Source: Dimorphilus gyrociliatus (Eukaryota; Animalia; Annelida). From it: DNA of 64,000 nucleotides. Location: positions 3,343,891-3,407,890 of the forward strand of contig CAJFCJ010000002.1 in the NCBI GenBank assembly GCA_904063045.1, in the 5' to 3' direction. Position 1 is the stretch's first letter, and each line of letters starts with the position of its first letter. Shown here in pieces: positions 53,305 through 64,000 of this stretch. Below the pieces are notes generated by a model. It saw only the letters and a program-made list of their open reading frames with translations. It made no database searches and was not told the DNA's origin. The position numbers were made by a program, and so were the translations under genes.

Positions 53305-53362
53305 ACCTTCCAATCAGCGTTCAACAACGGGCGTCACGTGGCCTACTTTTAAACCAATCAAT
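53305..53362 (-). promoter_or_regulatory. Probable GRP94 proximal promoter: two CCAAT boxes flanking GCCACGTGAC (XBP1/ATF6-type ACGT core)
   Basis: CCAAT occurs at about 53310 and 53356, with GCCACGTGAC on the - strand at about 53333-53342, 80-130 nt upstream of the ATG. There is no exact ERSE (CCAAT-N9-CCACG). A perfect GTCACGTGAC palindrome also lies at 53517-53526. Confidence 0.4.
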
Positions 53363-54737
53363 TCTAGACAAATAATGTAAATGTTGCTGCCGTCTTTTTC
53401 CTGACATGGCTTAACTCTATTGGCAGTTTTGTTTTGCATAAGCCTACTTTAAGAAATATAGCATCATGTGAAGCGTGATCATGTACCATTTGTATTTGAA
53501 ACGAATAGAGAGCTAGGTCACGTGACGATCGAGTATTCCAAAACTCTTTCGTATATGTGAGCAAGTTCGAAATATTTAAATGGGAAAGTTGTCTTAGCAA
53601 AAAATTAAATTTTAATTTTTGCCTGGGAAGACATATTTTGTTTTAAAACAGAAAAAACCCTGTAATACGAAAATATATATGATAATTTCTATATCCGGTT
53701 ATTACAGGCACGTGCTCCTTCCCTAAAGATGATGAAACCAAAGACGATCTCTCTTCAAAAACATAAAAATGATCAATTCAACAGGTTAAATAATTTTCCT
53801 TACTATTTTTATTGGTACAATGGTTTAGTCGATAAAATCATCTGCTTATATAATATGATCCATTGATTCCTAGTAGAAATAGCGACACGCATAGTTAAAG
53901 CATAAAATTTTTCCCTTTGACAAATAGTAGTAATAAAATTCACGAAATCTAACGAAACCATCTAAAAGTGAAAGTTTATTTTAATTATAGCGTTTTCTCA
54001 ACTCATACTATATTACAGATGGCGTGACTGATAGCAGTAATTCTGTTGTTAGCTGTTAGAATCAAGAGCGCAGGCTGTGTTTGTATACTTTTATGCTTGG
54101 GAAAAGAAAATAGTTTGGACATTCAATGCTAATCAAACGCTTTTCTGTGACTTTGCTCACTGGTTGGTTGTTGTATTGTTGATTCAGTGGCAATTCCGAG
54201 TTATAGATAATACTAGCGTAGTTTTGGTCGTCCACTCTTGGCTTCTTTATAACTTTGTTTATCATAATCTGCATAGAGGGTCCTCCATTGATAAATTATC
54301 TTCTGAAGGACACTCCTCGCAGTCTAAATACTTAAACATAGTTTTCGATGCATTCATTAAGGGTTTAACTTTATATACTTTATTAGATATATAATTTTAA
54401 TAACTAATCTCTCTAAGAGAATTTTTAACTGTTTAAATTATAGGCTGTTTAATGATGGATAGGACAATTTAATATGTATTGGTACATTTTATTTCTTTTG
54501 TATATTTAATGGAGTAGAATGGAATTACTCGAAAAAATCTATAATTGTTGTATACAAATAATTGAACTTAAGTCTTTTAAAGAAAAATACTCGTATAGAA
54601 CGGAAAATGAGGTTTTCCTATGATAATCTCAATCCTCTCACTACTCAATGACCTTGATGCTATTTGCTTACTTTATTTTATATAATAATCTCAAATCTTT
54701 TTTCTTTCTGAATAGCTTCATTCAAGATATAGATGTC

Positions 54738-55442
54738 ATGTCAAAAACTGAAAAGAATCGATTAAAACGCTTGACGAAACGATTGGAAAGGATCAGTCGC
54801 AAATGCAAAACAAAGCCAAAAGCGCCTGTAAAACCTGAAAAGTACTGTTCGTGTGGACCGAAAGTTCGACTTGAAGATTTAGTTAGTCTTGATTGTGAAA
54901 TGGTAGGAGTCGGGCAAGATCGTTCTTGCGCAATAGCCAGATGCAGTTTAGTAGATTATCAATGCAGAACACTTTGTGATATCTACGTAAAACCTGATAA
55001 ACCGATAACGGACTATCGGACGTTTGTCAGTGGTATTCGACCATGTCATATGAAAAATGCAATTAGCTTAGAAGAAGCAGTTTCAATTATTTCAGAACTG
55101 GTCAAGGACAAAATAGTGGTTGGTCATTCACTTTATAATGATTTAAGATTATTAAACGGTCTGCAAAAGTTAGATACGAGAGATACAATTAAATGTGAAA
55201 GATTAAAACTAAAGGCTTTAGCTGTTAACTGTGAAAAGAAAGGCTTAGCAAGTCTGTCTTATTGTTTATTGAAAAAGAAAATTCAAGTGGGAGAACATTG
55301 TTCCGTTGAAGACGCAGTAGCGACGATGCAACTGTTCAAGTATGCTCATTTTGATATTAGACCTGAAGGAAACGATTGTTTATCGAGTTTGTTGACAGAT
55401 AATTATTGGCCTAGTAATATTTTTGAATGTTGCGATAGATAA
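54738..55442 (+). CDS. AEN/ISG20-like DEDDh 3'-5' exonuclease (234 aa)
   Basis: Motifs are ExoI SLDCEMVG, ExoII VGHSLYND and ExoIII HCSVEDA, with a basic N-terminus and a C-terminal NYWP like the YWP of AEN. A splice acceptor at about 54713 precedes ATG 54738, so an upstream (probably non-coding) exon exists. Confidence 0.85.
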   Translation: MSKTEKNRLKRLTKRLERISRKCKTKPKAPVKPEKYCSCGPKVRLEDLVSLDCEMVGVGQDRSCAIARCSLVDYQCRTLCDIYVKPDKPITDYRTFVSGIRPCHMKNAISLEEAVSIISELVKDKIVVGHSLYNDLRLLNGLQKLDTRDTIKCERLKLKALAVNCEKKGLASLSYCLLKKKIQVGEHCSVEDAVATMQLFKYAHFDIRPEGNDCLSSLLTDNYWPSNIFECCDR

Positions 55443-56292
55443 GGGGCTGATTTGTTTTTATAAGTGTTGTTGTATTCGGTTATAAAATACTCTTTATAAA
55501 AAAAACACTATCAAATGTTAGGCAATTCTGAATATGAAAATTACTTAAATATTTTTTATCACTACTGTCTCAATTACTGAAAAGATAAGATTTTTTTTAA
55601 ATAATTTCAATACATTCAAAAAATTAGGTTGAGTTGATAGATTTGCTAGCAAAAGTATTTTGTTCTTATTACAAATGGAATCCTATCTTTCGTTTGACAG
55701 CTTCTTTTTAAGATGAGAATGATTTTTTTAAGGTTTGTTGAGTCAAGATGTTTTTGGCAAATGGAAAGATTCTATTTTTAATTCTGTATAACCTCAAAAA
55801 CAGAAGATAAAAAGTTTCTGAATGTGTTTCAACGCCATCTATAGTACAGGCAACAAATGCTCTGTTGACCCCGCGAATGACAAAGCTAGAGGAGATTCTG
55901 TAATCAAAAGCAAACAAGACAAAGTCGATCGACAAACCAAGTAATTATACAAAATAAACAAACCACCGCGAAATCGATTAAACACTCCCCTGTTCGGTTT
56001 TTAGCAAGACAAACAACGGCATGTGGCTTGATACAACGCAGACCACTTGTCAGAGTTTGCAAGAAATAAAAACCGAGCAACATTCACCTAAGTCGAAAAT
56101 AAAAATCCGCTTTTCTCTTATCTCGATGATAAAAACGATAAAATTTGACCGAGAAATCACGTGGTTAAATTATTATAATTAGGCAACAAAAACTTATAGG
56201 ATAATAGTAGTTAATTGTACGAATTGCATGCAGACAAGCAGGCGTCACAAAGTCATTAAATGAGCACCAAGAAGATACAACTCATCAATTGT

Positions 56293-59200
56293 TTATGATT
56301 TAGGAGGTAGAGGAGGCGCCCTAGCTTCTTCCACTCTCCTTAAGAGAACTTCTAACCAACAAGGGCACTGTGTGACATCTAGTCTCTTGTAACCTGGTCC
56401 CCAACCTTTGGCGAACGAAATCCTTAAGGCCCGATGATCCACAGGACCTGGGATAGCTCTGGAACAAGGGCATTGCTTTCGGGATGTAAGATCCGCGAGC
56501 GTTGAAAAGGCATTTACGCAATGTTTCGGTGCTAATCTTCTCACAGAAAATGGGTCGTTACAGGAATGCACGAAAATGGGGTGATCAGAGAGATTGTAGA
56601 CCCAAATTCCATCATCTTCCTTACTTAGGCATACGCCGCGTCCAATTTTTGCTCTAGTTCTGTCTATACTCGCTTCGGCATCCGTCGAATGGAGAACCCC
56701 TAAGCAGAGGTGTTCGGCACCAGTCTCCGTTCTGGGTCCATCTGAAACGTGGACGGTCGATGAGGTTATGTGATAAGTTCTATGAATTGGTGTCCTTTCT
56801 TCCCAGTATCGTACTCTAGCCCATGTAGTTAAGTTAGGATCGTCTGAAAGGATAACAAAAATTTTAGGTATAAAATATTTAGAAATAGTTTATTTATTGT
56901 ATAAAAAGCGACTGTATGCCCGACGGCAGAAAGGGAGAAAAACTTATCACATCTTAAATTTTTTCTAAAAATTACTCCAAGCTAAATAGATCGAGTTTGG
57001 ATTTAAGAAGTTAAACGGCTTTAATTACAGGTAGTAAAGTGCAATACTAAGTGAGAAATTCAGCTAGCAGTTAGATGTAGATTGTTAAAAAGTGTCAAAC
57101 GTCACAGTTTTCAGGTGGGCGCCCGCGGGCTCACCGTTACATTTGCGTGAGAAAATGTCCATGGAATCTATATAGAAATGCATAAAAGAAGGGAAGTAAA
57201 GGAAACTTTCCCTTTAACTCTTTGCTTTCTATTTCGGGACCGATATTAGAATTCTCCAAAGTACGAAAAATAAACAGACGTTTCAGCATCGTGTATAGAC
57301 AATATAAACAAAATTTGCGCAATACGTATCAATTCCCTATCATCTGATTGACGGCATAATGTTTTCTAACACTACATTTTTCTCGTAACAAAGGATGACC
57401 GATCGTTGAGCTCATATGGAAAGTATATCAAATTTATCTGTCATGTTGCATTGAGGAGAGAAATAACTGGACAGTAAGACCCTAAAAATAGCAACGACTA
57501 TCTCAGTTTACAAAGAATATGAGACAGAGAGGTATATTACGCAAGAATTCATCACATGTCAGGAATATTTAATTATAGTTATCAGCTCAAATTATAATAC
57601 AAGAGAAATTACATTATCTTAAATGAGATTTGGCATTTGGGATATGGTGACTAAGGAAATTACATTTTATAGCCCTAGTTCGTGTTCAATTTTTATAAAT
57701 TTTAGACTCTATAAATTTATTATTCATTATAGCCTAGCTGAATTCTGCAGCGGCACAATTAGTGTCACTTGTTAAAAAATTAAAAGCCGAACTAGCGTTT
57801 TTATATTCATGTCTCCAGCTGACAAGTAGAACGCTGCGAGTAAAAAACTTATACAATTACTGGCGACAGTTGGTGAATAAAGGCAATATTTAAAAAAATC
57901 TGAGTTATCAAAAAGACGTCGACTGCTATTTTATCCCTTTGTTAATAAAGATATCGATTCATACATCGCAGCTGCTAAAAATTGTTTTGCCAAGAGAAAA
58001 AAAGGGGGGCGGAGGTCAAAATAAAAAGGAGCATGCAGGGATAAGACAGGAACATCCGACAAAGCCTTGTAAACTCATCATTCAATAGTACCCAGTCAAA
58101 AAACTAAATAAGTACAATTAGTGTCATCACGTGCGCCGTTACAAGCGCCTTTCTTTAAAAAACGCAAATTTTTAGGCCTACAACAGCAGGCGGTTGGCGC
58201 CAATGTGTCGGTCCGATAACGGCAGGGGCGGCAGACTGGCGCCACGCTTTCGCCGCCTGGCGCAATTGAGATTCTAACTATTTAGCTGCCGAACGCAAGA
58301 TTTTACAACTTACAACTTGAAAAAAGGAGAAAACAGACAAAAAAACTCTGAAGGAAAGAAAATGGGACTTTTCTTTCTATCAACTACATTGGAACCTTAC
58401 CTATAGAGCAGATAGTAGCAATGCTACTTCTTACACTAGTCGATCTGGACGAAATAGATGGTGTATTTTTAAAAGTTTCGCCTCTCATGACGTCATCGTA
58501 GGCAGGTGGGGGTTTTTCTAATAAAAATTACACTAATTAGTCTTAAATTCTTCAATTAACTTTAATTACTCTGCTCACCTGACGTAATACTAGAATGCCA
58601 AGGATTAATACAGACGAACCCTTCCTCTAAGTCCTTGCAAATCCAAGGATGCTTTTTCAATTCGAAACTTGGCGGGGCGTCTCCAAATCTAAATATTCTG
58701 GCAACTAATGCCTTTGGATCCACTATACCCAAGTCTCCCAATCTTATTTGGCCATCCTTAACAGTTACACACGACGTTGATGCAGAATCACGAGTAATGA
58801 CTGCGTAGTCTAAGAGAAGAAGTTGATTGACTGACAGACGCTTTAAATAAGCATTAATCAGCTTCTGTTTACTTTCGTCAGAAACGCCAGAAAGTAGACG
58901 TCGAGATAATTTTGAACGATTGAGAGCATCTATGTTAGGTACTTCGATACCACAGCATTTCGGGGCTCTTCTACTTTCTGTTTAAAACAATATTCATCAC
59001 ATTTCACATTGAAAGGCAGGGTTAGACTAATTAATAATAATAATCTGGCGCCCATACGTTTTGTTGACATAGACGAGATAAAATTAATCCATGAAATGAA
59101 GAAAATTGTTGGATTTAAATCCAAAAAAAGTTATTCTTTTTATCTTTCTAAGTACATAAATACTGAAAGAATCACATAGAACTCAGGCTATTTCTTTTAT

Positions 59201-59971
59201 CAAGTAATAATGAATAGCTCCTTCTTCGTTTTATAAAGAACTTCTTATAAAATAAGAAAACCTTTACAATTCACCAATTAGCTTTGAAATCAATCGGAAT
59301 TCAATCAATTAAGACTTTTAAACATAGAAATTCTATTCCGAACCATGTTGGCGCCTTTCGGCATTATTTCAGAAAAACATCAAAGGAAATCGGTAAACTT
59401 TCAAAGAAAGTTTAAATTCAGCTATTCTACGGCCAATATTTATAATTTAGGGATATATACAGATTGAAATTTATCTGATTATGGGTCCTAAATTATAGGC
59501 TGATTTTTAAAAATAGTTTACTTTAAAAACATATACCTTTGAATAGCAACAATTGAAAGTTCACCTAGAGCTTATAATATAAGATATTAATTTTTGCTGT
59601 TCAAAACTATCACATTCTTCCAATAACATTTGAGAGTAAAAATAAAAGAGATAATCAAGTTACTTTTAATAGATTATTCCTCTTTTACAGTAAATAAATT
59701 TAACATTATATTGATATAAAGAGCCGGAATACGTTTGGCGCCAGGATACCTCTCTTGCTTAGCTCTTCAAAATTCTTATGCATTCCAACAAAATATTTTC
59801 AAAATGACATAAATCAGTTTTAAAAAACTTACCCAAGCCCCGATCACAACTAACAGATACTCTTCTCCTCCTGCAAGGAGATAATAAAGGCGTGTTCGTC
59901 TCCACACTGGTCGCTAGCTTTCTCCTGCACCTAATTCGCACGCAGTAATTCTCAGAGCCTTCAACGTACAT
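56293..59971 (-). CDS. SMAD6: Inhibitory Smad (Smad6/7, Dad-like), about 412 aa, 5 exons
   Basis: Exons 59971-59833, 58977-58579 (MH1-like: YLKRLSVNQL...ARIFRF...ELK...VCINPWH), 58517-58401 (PY motif PPPAY), 57167-57135 and 56843-56293 (MH2: WARVRYWEERT...RISFAKGWGPGYKR...CPCWLEVLL) are all phase 1 and total 1239 nt. Exon 1 is the least certain. The invertebrate gene is co-orthologous to SMAD6 and SMAD7. Confidence 0.92.
58190..58265. promoter_or_regulatory. BMP/Mad-Medea response element cluster in I-Smad intron 3
   Basis: GGCGCC-A-ATGT-GTCG (58196-58210, +) and GGCGCC-A-GTCT-GCCG (58243-58229, -) both match the Dad activation element GGCGCCA(N4)GNCV. A CAGAC SBE lies at 58232 and GCCGCC at about 58252. 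Confidence 0.65.
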
Positions 59972-61270
59972 TGGAAAAACACCCTAGTTGCTCTTCTTAT
60001 ATGGGCTGGTCGATTTCTTACTAAATGTACGTCTTGGAGGGAATTTTCTTGAAAAATGATGCCGAATGCTACATTTTAGACGCTCCGTTGCGCCGTCTAG
60101 TGGCGAGTGTATAACAAAATATGGTTCTCGTTCCGCGCGTATTTTCATTAGAATAAATTATTGTTTCGGACCGGATTCTCTGATTTAGGTGTAGCTATTT
60201 TCTACTGACAGTCAACTCTCGTGAATGGAAATTATTGTTTGCAAAAAAAATATAGCAGTACTAATATAGCTCTTAAAAACTTTTTATGTCTACCAGTTGA
60301 AGTTACATATATGGAAGATTTGGTTTTAAACAGAAAATTTTGATTCTAATACGTATGTATTTCGGCATAAAATAAGTTTATTAATAAAATCTCGTGTTGT
60401 TTGTTTAAAAATAATACAAAAAACTAAACTTGACTTTTTTTTAATAAAAAGCTTCATTATTGTTGACGTCACATTTTGACCCATTTTTAATCTCTTTCCT
60501 TGTTAATCATATTTGAAAATCGATTTAACTTTTTGCAAATATAGAATATTAAATATTAATAAATTTACATATGAAAATTTGATATGTTACAGTCAAAATA
60601 TAGTCAAAATATGTACTAATGTATATAATACTAAAAGTAGGCAATTGACAGACAGTAAATTTAAATCACTTGAAAAAGGTAATAGTTCAGTATACATTCT
60701 GTTAACTATTTTTCTCGAGAAATGCAAGCATAAATAAACAACTCTTTCAAGTAGAAAACGGCTTAAATATTATTTCAATAAACAACATCGTATAAGATTA
60801 TACTACATAAATTCCTGACTTATTCAATACATTTGCTTTTTTATATGTTTGTTCAACCCATCTATATATATGTATAATTTTTTATTTATATGCTAATATT
60901 TATATATTTTTATCAATTAAAATCACATCTATTAAGTTTTTTTTGTTCATGAAATGTAAAAAAGACTATTATGTGAAATGAGTAATTGCTTTTTAACAAC
61001 TCCTTTGTTCCTTAATATAACAAAAGTAGTAAGCGGTGAGCTTTCCAGAGTAACTTCTGGGAATACTATTTCGACACAGTGTTTAGAGCTACCTTTTTCA
61101 AAGGCGTACGACTACTTCTCTATGTCAACACGCAAAATGGCGTACAAACCCTGACTGAAAGTTTCCAGTCTTTCGTTTGCAGATAGCTGTGAATCAACCT
61201 ACTTTAGTACCAGGTATCATCAGTGAATTTTTTCTCGTGTATTGGATGATATTTTGAGCGCAAAAGAATC

Positions 61271-61850
61271 ATGGGTGACGAAAAAGTTATGTCCAACTTC
61301 CAAGTACAGAATGTAATTAAATTACTATTGAACCACAAAAAAGGAGAAGACAAGGATGAAAAATGGCCTGAAAAAGCCATTAAAAGCCTTGTTAAGAAAC
61401 TCCGAGGCTTATCGGGTAACGAAGGTATTGATCTACTACTGAATGCAATTTCTCAAAAAGATGCTAATACAAATTGCATAAAAATTCCGAGGTTCGTTGC
61501 AATTTCGCTGGCTGAATATATTAAGTGTGTCTTCGTTGTTAATTTTATAAACATTCTTAGATCTTTGGATGGAAGAATGCAAGTAAGCACGAGGAAAGGA
61601 ATGCCTCATGTTATGTATTGTAGACTATGGCGCTGGCCTGATCTAACCTCTCATAATGAATTAAAATCCATGGATCATTGCATTTTTGCGTTTCATTTAA
61701 AGAGAGATCAAGTAAATTTTACTGACCTTAAATCTCGCAATATATAATAGTTACGTAATTAATTGATTTTTTTTTAGGTTTGCGTCAATCCGTATCACTA
61801 TCAACGCATTAAAACTGAAGAAGTAACTAACACAGATACACTAAAAAGAG
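61271..61850 (+). CDS. SMAD3: R-Smad, Smad2/3-like, 5' part only (MH1); the gene continues beyond the window
   Basis: Exons 61271-61491, 61561-61711 and 61778-61850 give [15 protein letters not shown]...[34 protein letters not shown]...[34 protein letters not shown] and [18 protein letters not shown] favour Smad2/3 over Smad1/5. I found no further exon in 61851-64000. Confidence 0.88.
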
Positions 61851-64000
61851 GTAGGTTAAAAATTGCGAAAGCATTTCTTTTGAGTTTCTGCATCGCACGT
61901 GATAGGTTAGCTAAAATTGTTGACGTCTAGTATAAATATAACGAAACGAAATGTAAATTTCTATAAGGCAAGCTAGAACATTTCAAAATATAAAAATGTT
62001 GTATTTAAAGGGGATTTTACATCGAAATATACTTGATCTATAGGAAATTATTGTTATCAAACAAGTATTATATGGATTTATATATCTTGATAAACTATAT
62101 TATATAAAACAAAGAGAAAAATGTAATTGAGAGAACCTACAAAAGTTAAAAAATATCTGTTGTTTTATAAAATTATCATAGTTAGATACGCTAGAATAAT
62201 CATATTGAGAGAAAAATTACAAGATTACTTAAATAGTTCTTTTTTAAAAATTGTCTTTTGTATTGTATAGAAGTCTATTCTTAAAAAACTAACAGTAAAA
62301 AAGCTTTTACATTTCTCTTTTTTGAATTAATAATTTCAAACTGAAATATTTAAAAAAAAGATACACTATCACAGCTGTTACCTTCAAAGAATGCTTTATT
62401 CAAACACGTAATTTTGTACATGAAATAACGGTTATATCTTAAGCTGAATATAAACATAACAATAACTTTACTAAGATTATAATGATTTGCTCTTCCTCTT
62501 TATTTTGTCAATTTAAATTATTCTATTGCGTTTATAATATACATTTTTCTAAACAGCTGTTATTTTATTACACAAAAACACTGTCTAATATATATGAGAC
62601 AGTTATTACATAAGCTATACTTATTTTATGGAGAACAATTGCATATTAATAATAATTACTTTTTACTCGGAATTATTCGTTGCGTGATATTTCATGAATA
62701 ATTTTCTTCGAGTGCTTTACTAGAATTCTTTTATTTTCTCCAAAAAGGAAAATCTATATAATATTTTAGCTAATTATTAAAGGATGATTTCTTTTATAGA
62801 TATTCTTGTTAAGAGTATTAATTGACTTTTTTATACTCATTTGAATAAATAGACTTAGTTGCTCAAAAGCCAAGTTAGTAGGTTTATTTTACTTGGAATG
62901 AACTTAAAACATTGGGTTTGTTTTAAATATCGGTTATAAAGAGAAATGTTCTGTAACTTAGTTATATTGGCAATTTCAAAGATTAAAATCCGTGTAATAC
63001 TCATAAACAATCAGAAACATATGAAGTTTTCTTTGACGTAAGCAGATGGAGATAGAACTCGTCAAGTAACTCCTGTATTTTTCTCAGTAAGCTTTTTTTG
63101 TTAAATCACAATGAAAAGAGATACGGTATGTTTAATTTATCCGTAAACTTGAGTAATCTATAATTTTAAATGAAAATCAGTTCGTCATACGACCTAAAGT
63201 ATATGATGTCAGAGGTATGTTACTGTAAACTTAGTGTTGCATCCAGAACGAATGGAAAGCCTAATATATATCTATCTCAAGATTTGAAACATACTTAATG
63301 TTTTTAGTAAATCATTAGGTGGCGCTTTATGTCTTCGAAATGTTTTTTACAATGTTACCTGTTATGGCCATCTATTAGATTATCTAGTAATTAAACCATA
63401 TCACAATGAAGAGATAATCCTTTTTGAATAGAGACCAAATATAGGTCACGATAACCGTGACATTTTTAGTAAAAAGATATAGTAAGGGGAAAGTTTATAT
63501 ATAACATACACATACATACAGTATTTATATATAGAATATAAATATATGGCTCATTGAATGATGCTTTGCGAAGGTGCTAATTAAATAATAATAGCTGGTT
63601 AAATAAAACACTAATTAATCCCCGTGAGTTAAATTAGTCGCATTCAAATTTCAGATAATGAATCTAGTCATTTAAAGATCAAATTGGAAAATTTGGTGGT
63701 ACTCTCTGACCTTAAACAAAAACATTTAATTAAATAAACTTCACGTGATAAATAACAACTTCATATGTCAAACTAAACTAAACAAACGCTACCGATATAC
63801 TGTATTGTGAAATTTAGACTAAAATGTACAACAAATATTTTTGTAGATAATGACATACTCTCAGCTTTGTTAATAAAAAGTACACTAAGGTACACATTCT
63901 AAGAACAATAACTGACCTTAAAGCTAAAAATTAATCCTACTCTCAGATATTTAATTGAAGCGTACAATATCAAATTACAATTTAGACTATATTTATATTT

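Noticed and set aside
53305-53345. Canonical ERSE in the GRP94 promoter
   Set aside because: The best match is CCAAT-N10-CAACG, with wrong spacing and a mismatch; only a looser CCAAT plus ACGT arrangement is supported.
54062-54394. Two opposite-strand ORFs (70 and 105 aa) between GRP94 and AEN
   Set aside because: No recognisable domain and no consistent splice connection to AEN; most likely 5' UTR or promoter sequence. The - ORF has a phase-0 GT (AAA|GTATAC), but it would give the acidic-repeat gene no signal peptide and would require GRP94 to be nested on the same strand.
57168-58578. Apparent loss of the PY motif in the I-Smad
   Set aside because: A 117-nt phase-1 exon (58517-58401) encodes EKPPPAY, so the motif is present.

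Overview
AT-rich eukaryotic (animal) genomic DNA with compact genes and mostly 50-80 nt GT-AG introns. A miniaturised invertebrate genome such as the annelid Dimorphilus would fit, but that is inference only. Left to right: a ~5.9 kb stretch with no recognisable gene; a lengsin-like type-I glutamine-synthetase-family gene (-); VAC14 (-), head-to-head with a MARVEL-domain gene (+); a ~24 kb tandem array of ABCC4/MRP4-like transporters (-; four apparently intact copies and two pseudogene remnants); a giant (~2,300-codon) Asp/Glu-rich gene built from cysteine-free thrombospondin type-3-like Ca2+-binding repeats (-) with no convincing start exon of its own; HSP90B1/GRP94 (-) ending 290 nt upstream of it; an AEN/ISG20-like DEDDh exonuclease (+); an inhibitory Smad6/7 (-); and the 5' part of a divergently transcribed Smad2/3-like gene (+). 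Best leads: (1) the orphan first exon of the acidic-repeat gene is phase-compatible with the penultimate GRP94 exon, so skipping the 18-nt KEEL exon could produce a GRP94-Ca2+-repeat fusion; (2) an I-Smad/R-Smad head-to-head pair, with Dad-type BMP activation elements clustered in the I-Smad introns; (3) a 753-bp identical NBD2 tract and mosaic intron loss among otherwise very divergent ABCC paralogues. Gene models were spliced by eye, and no database searches were run.
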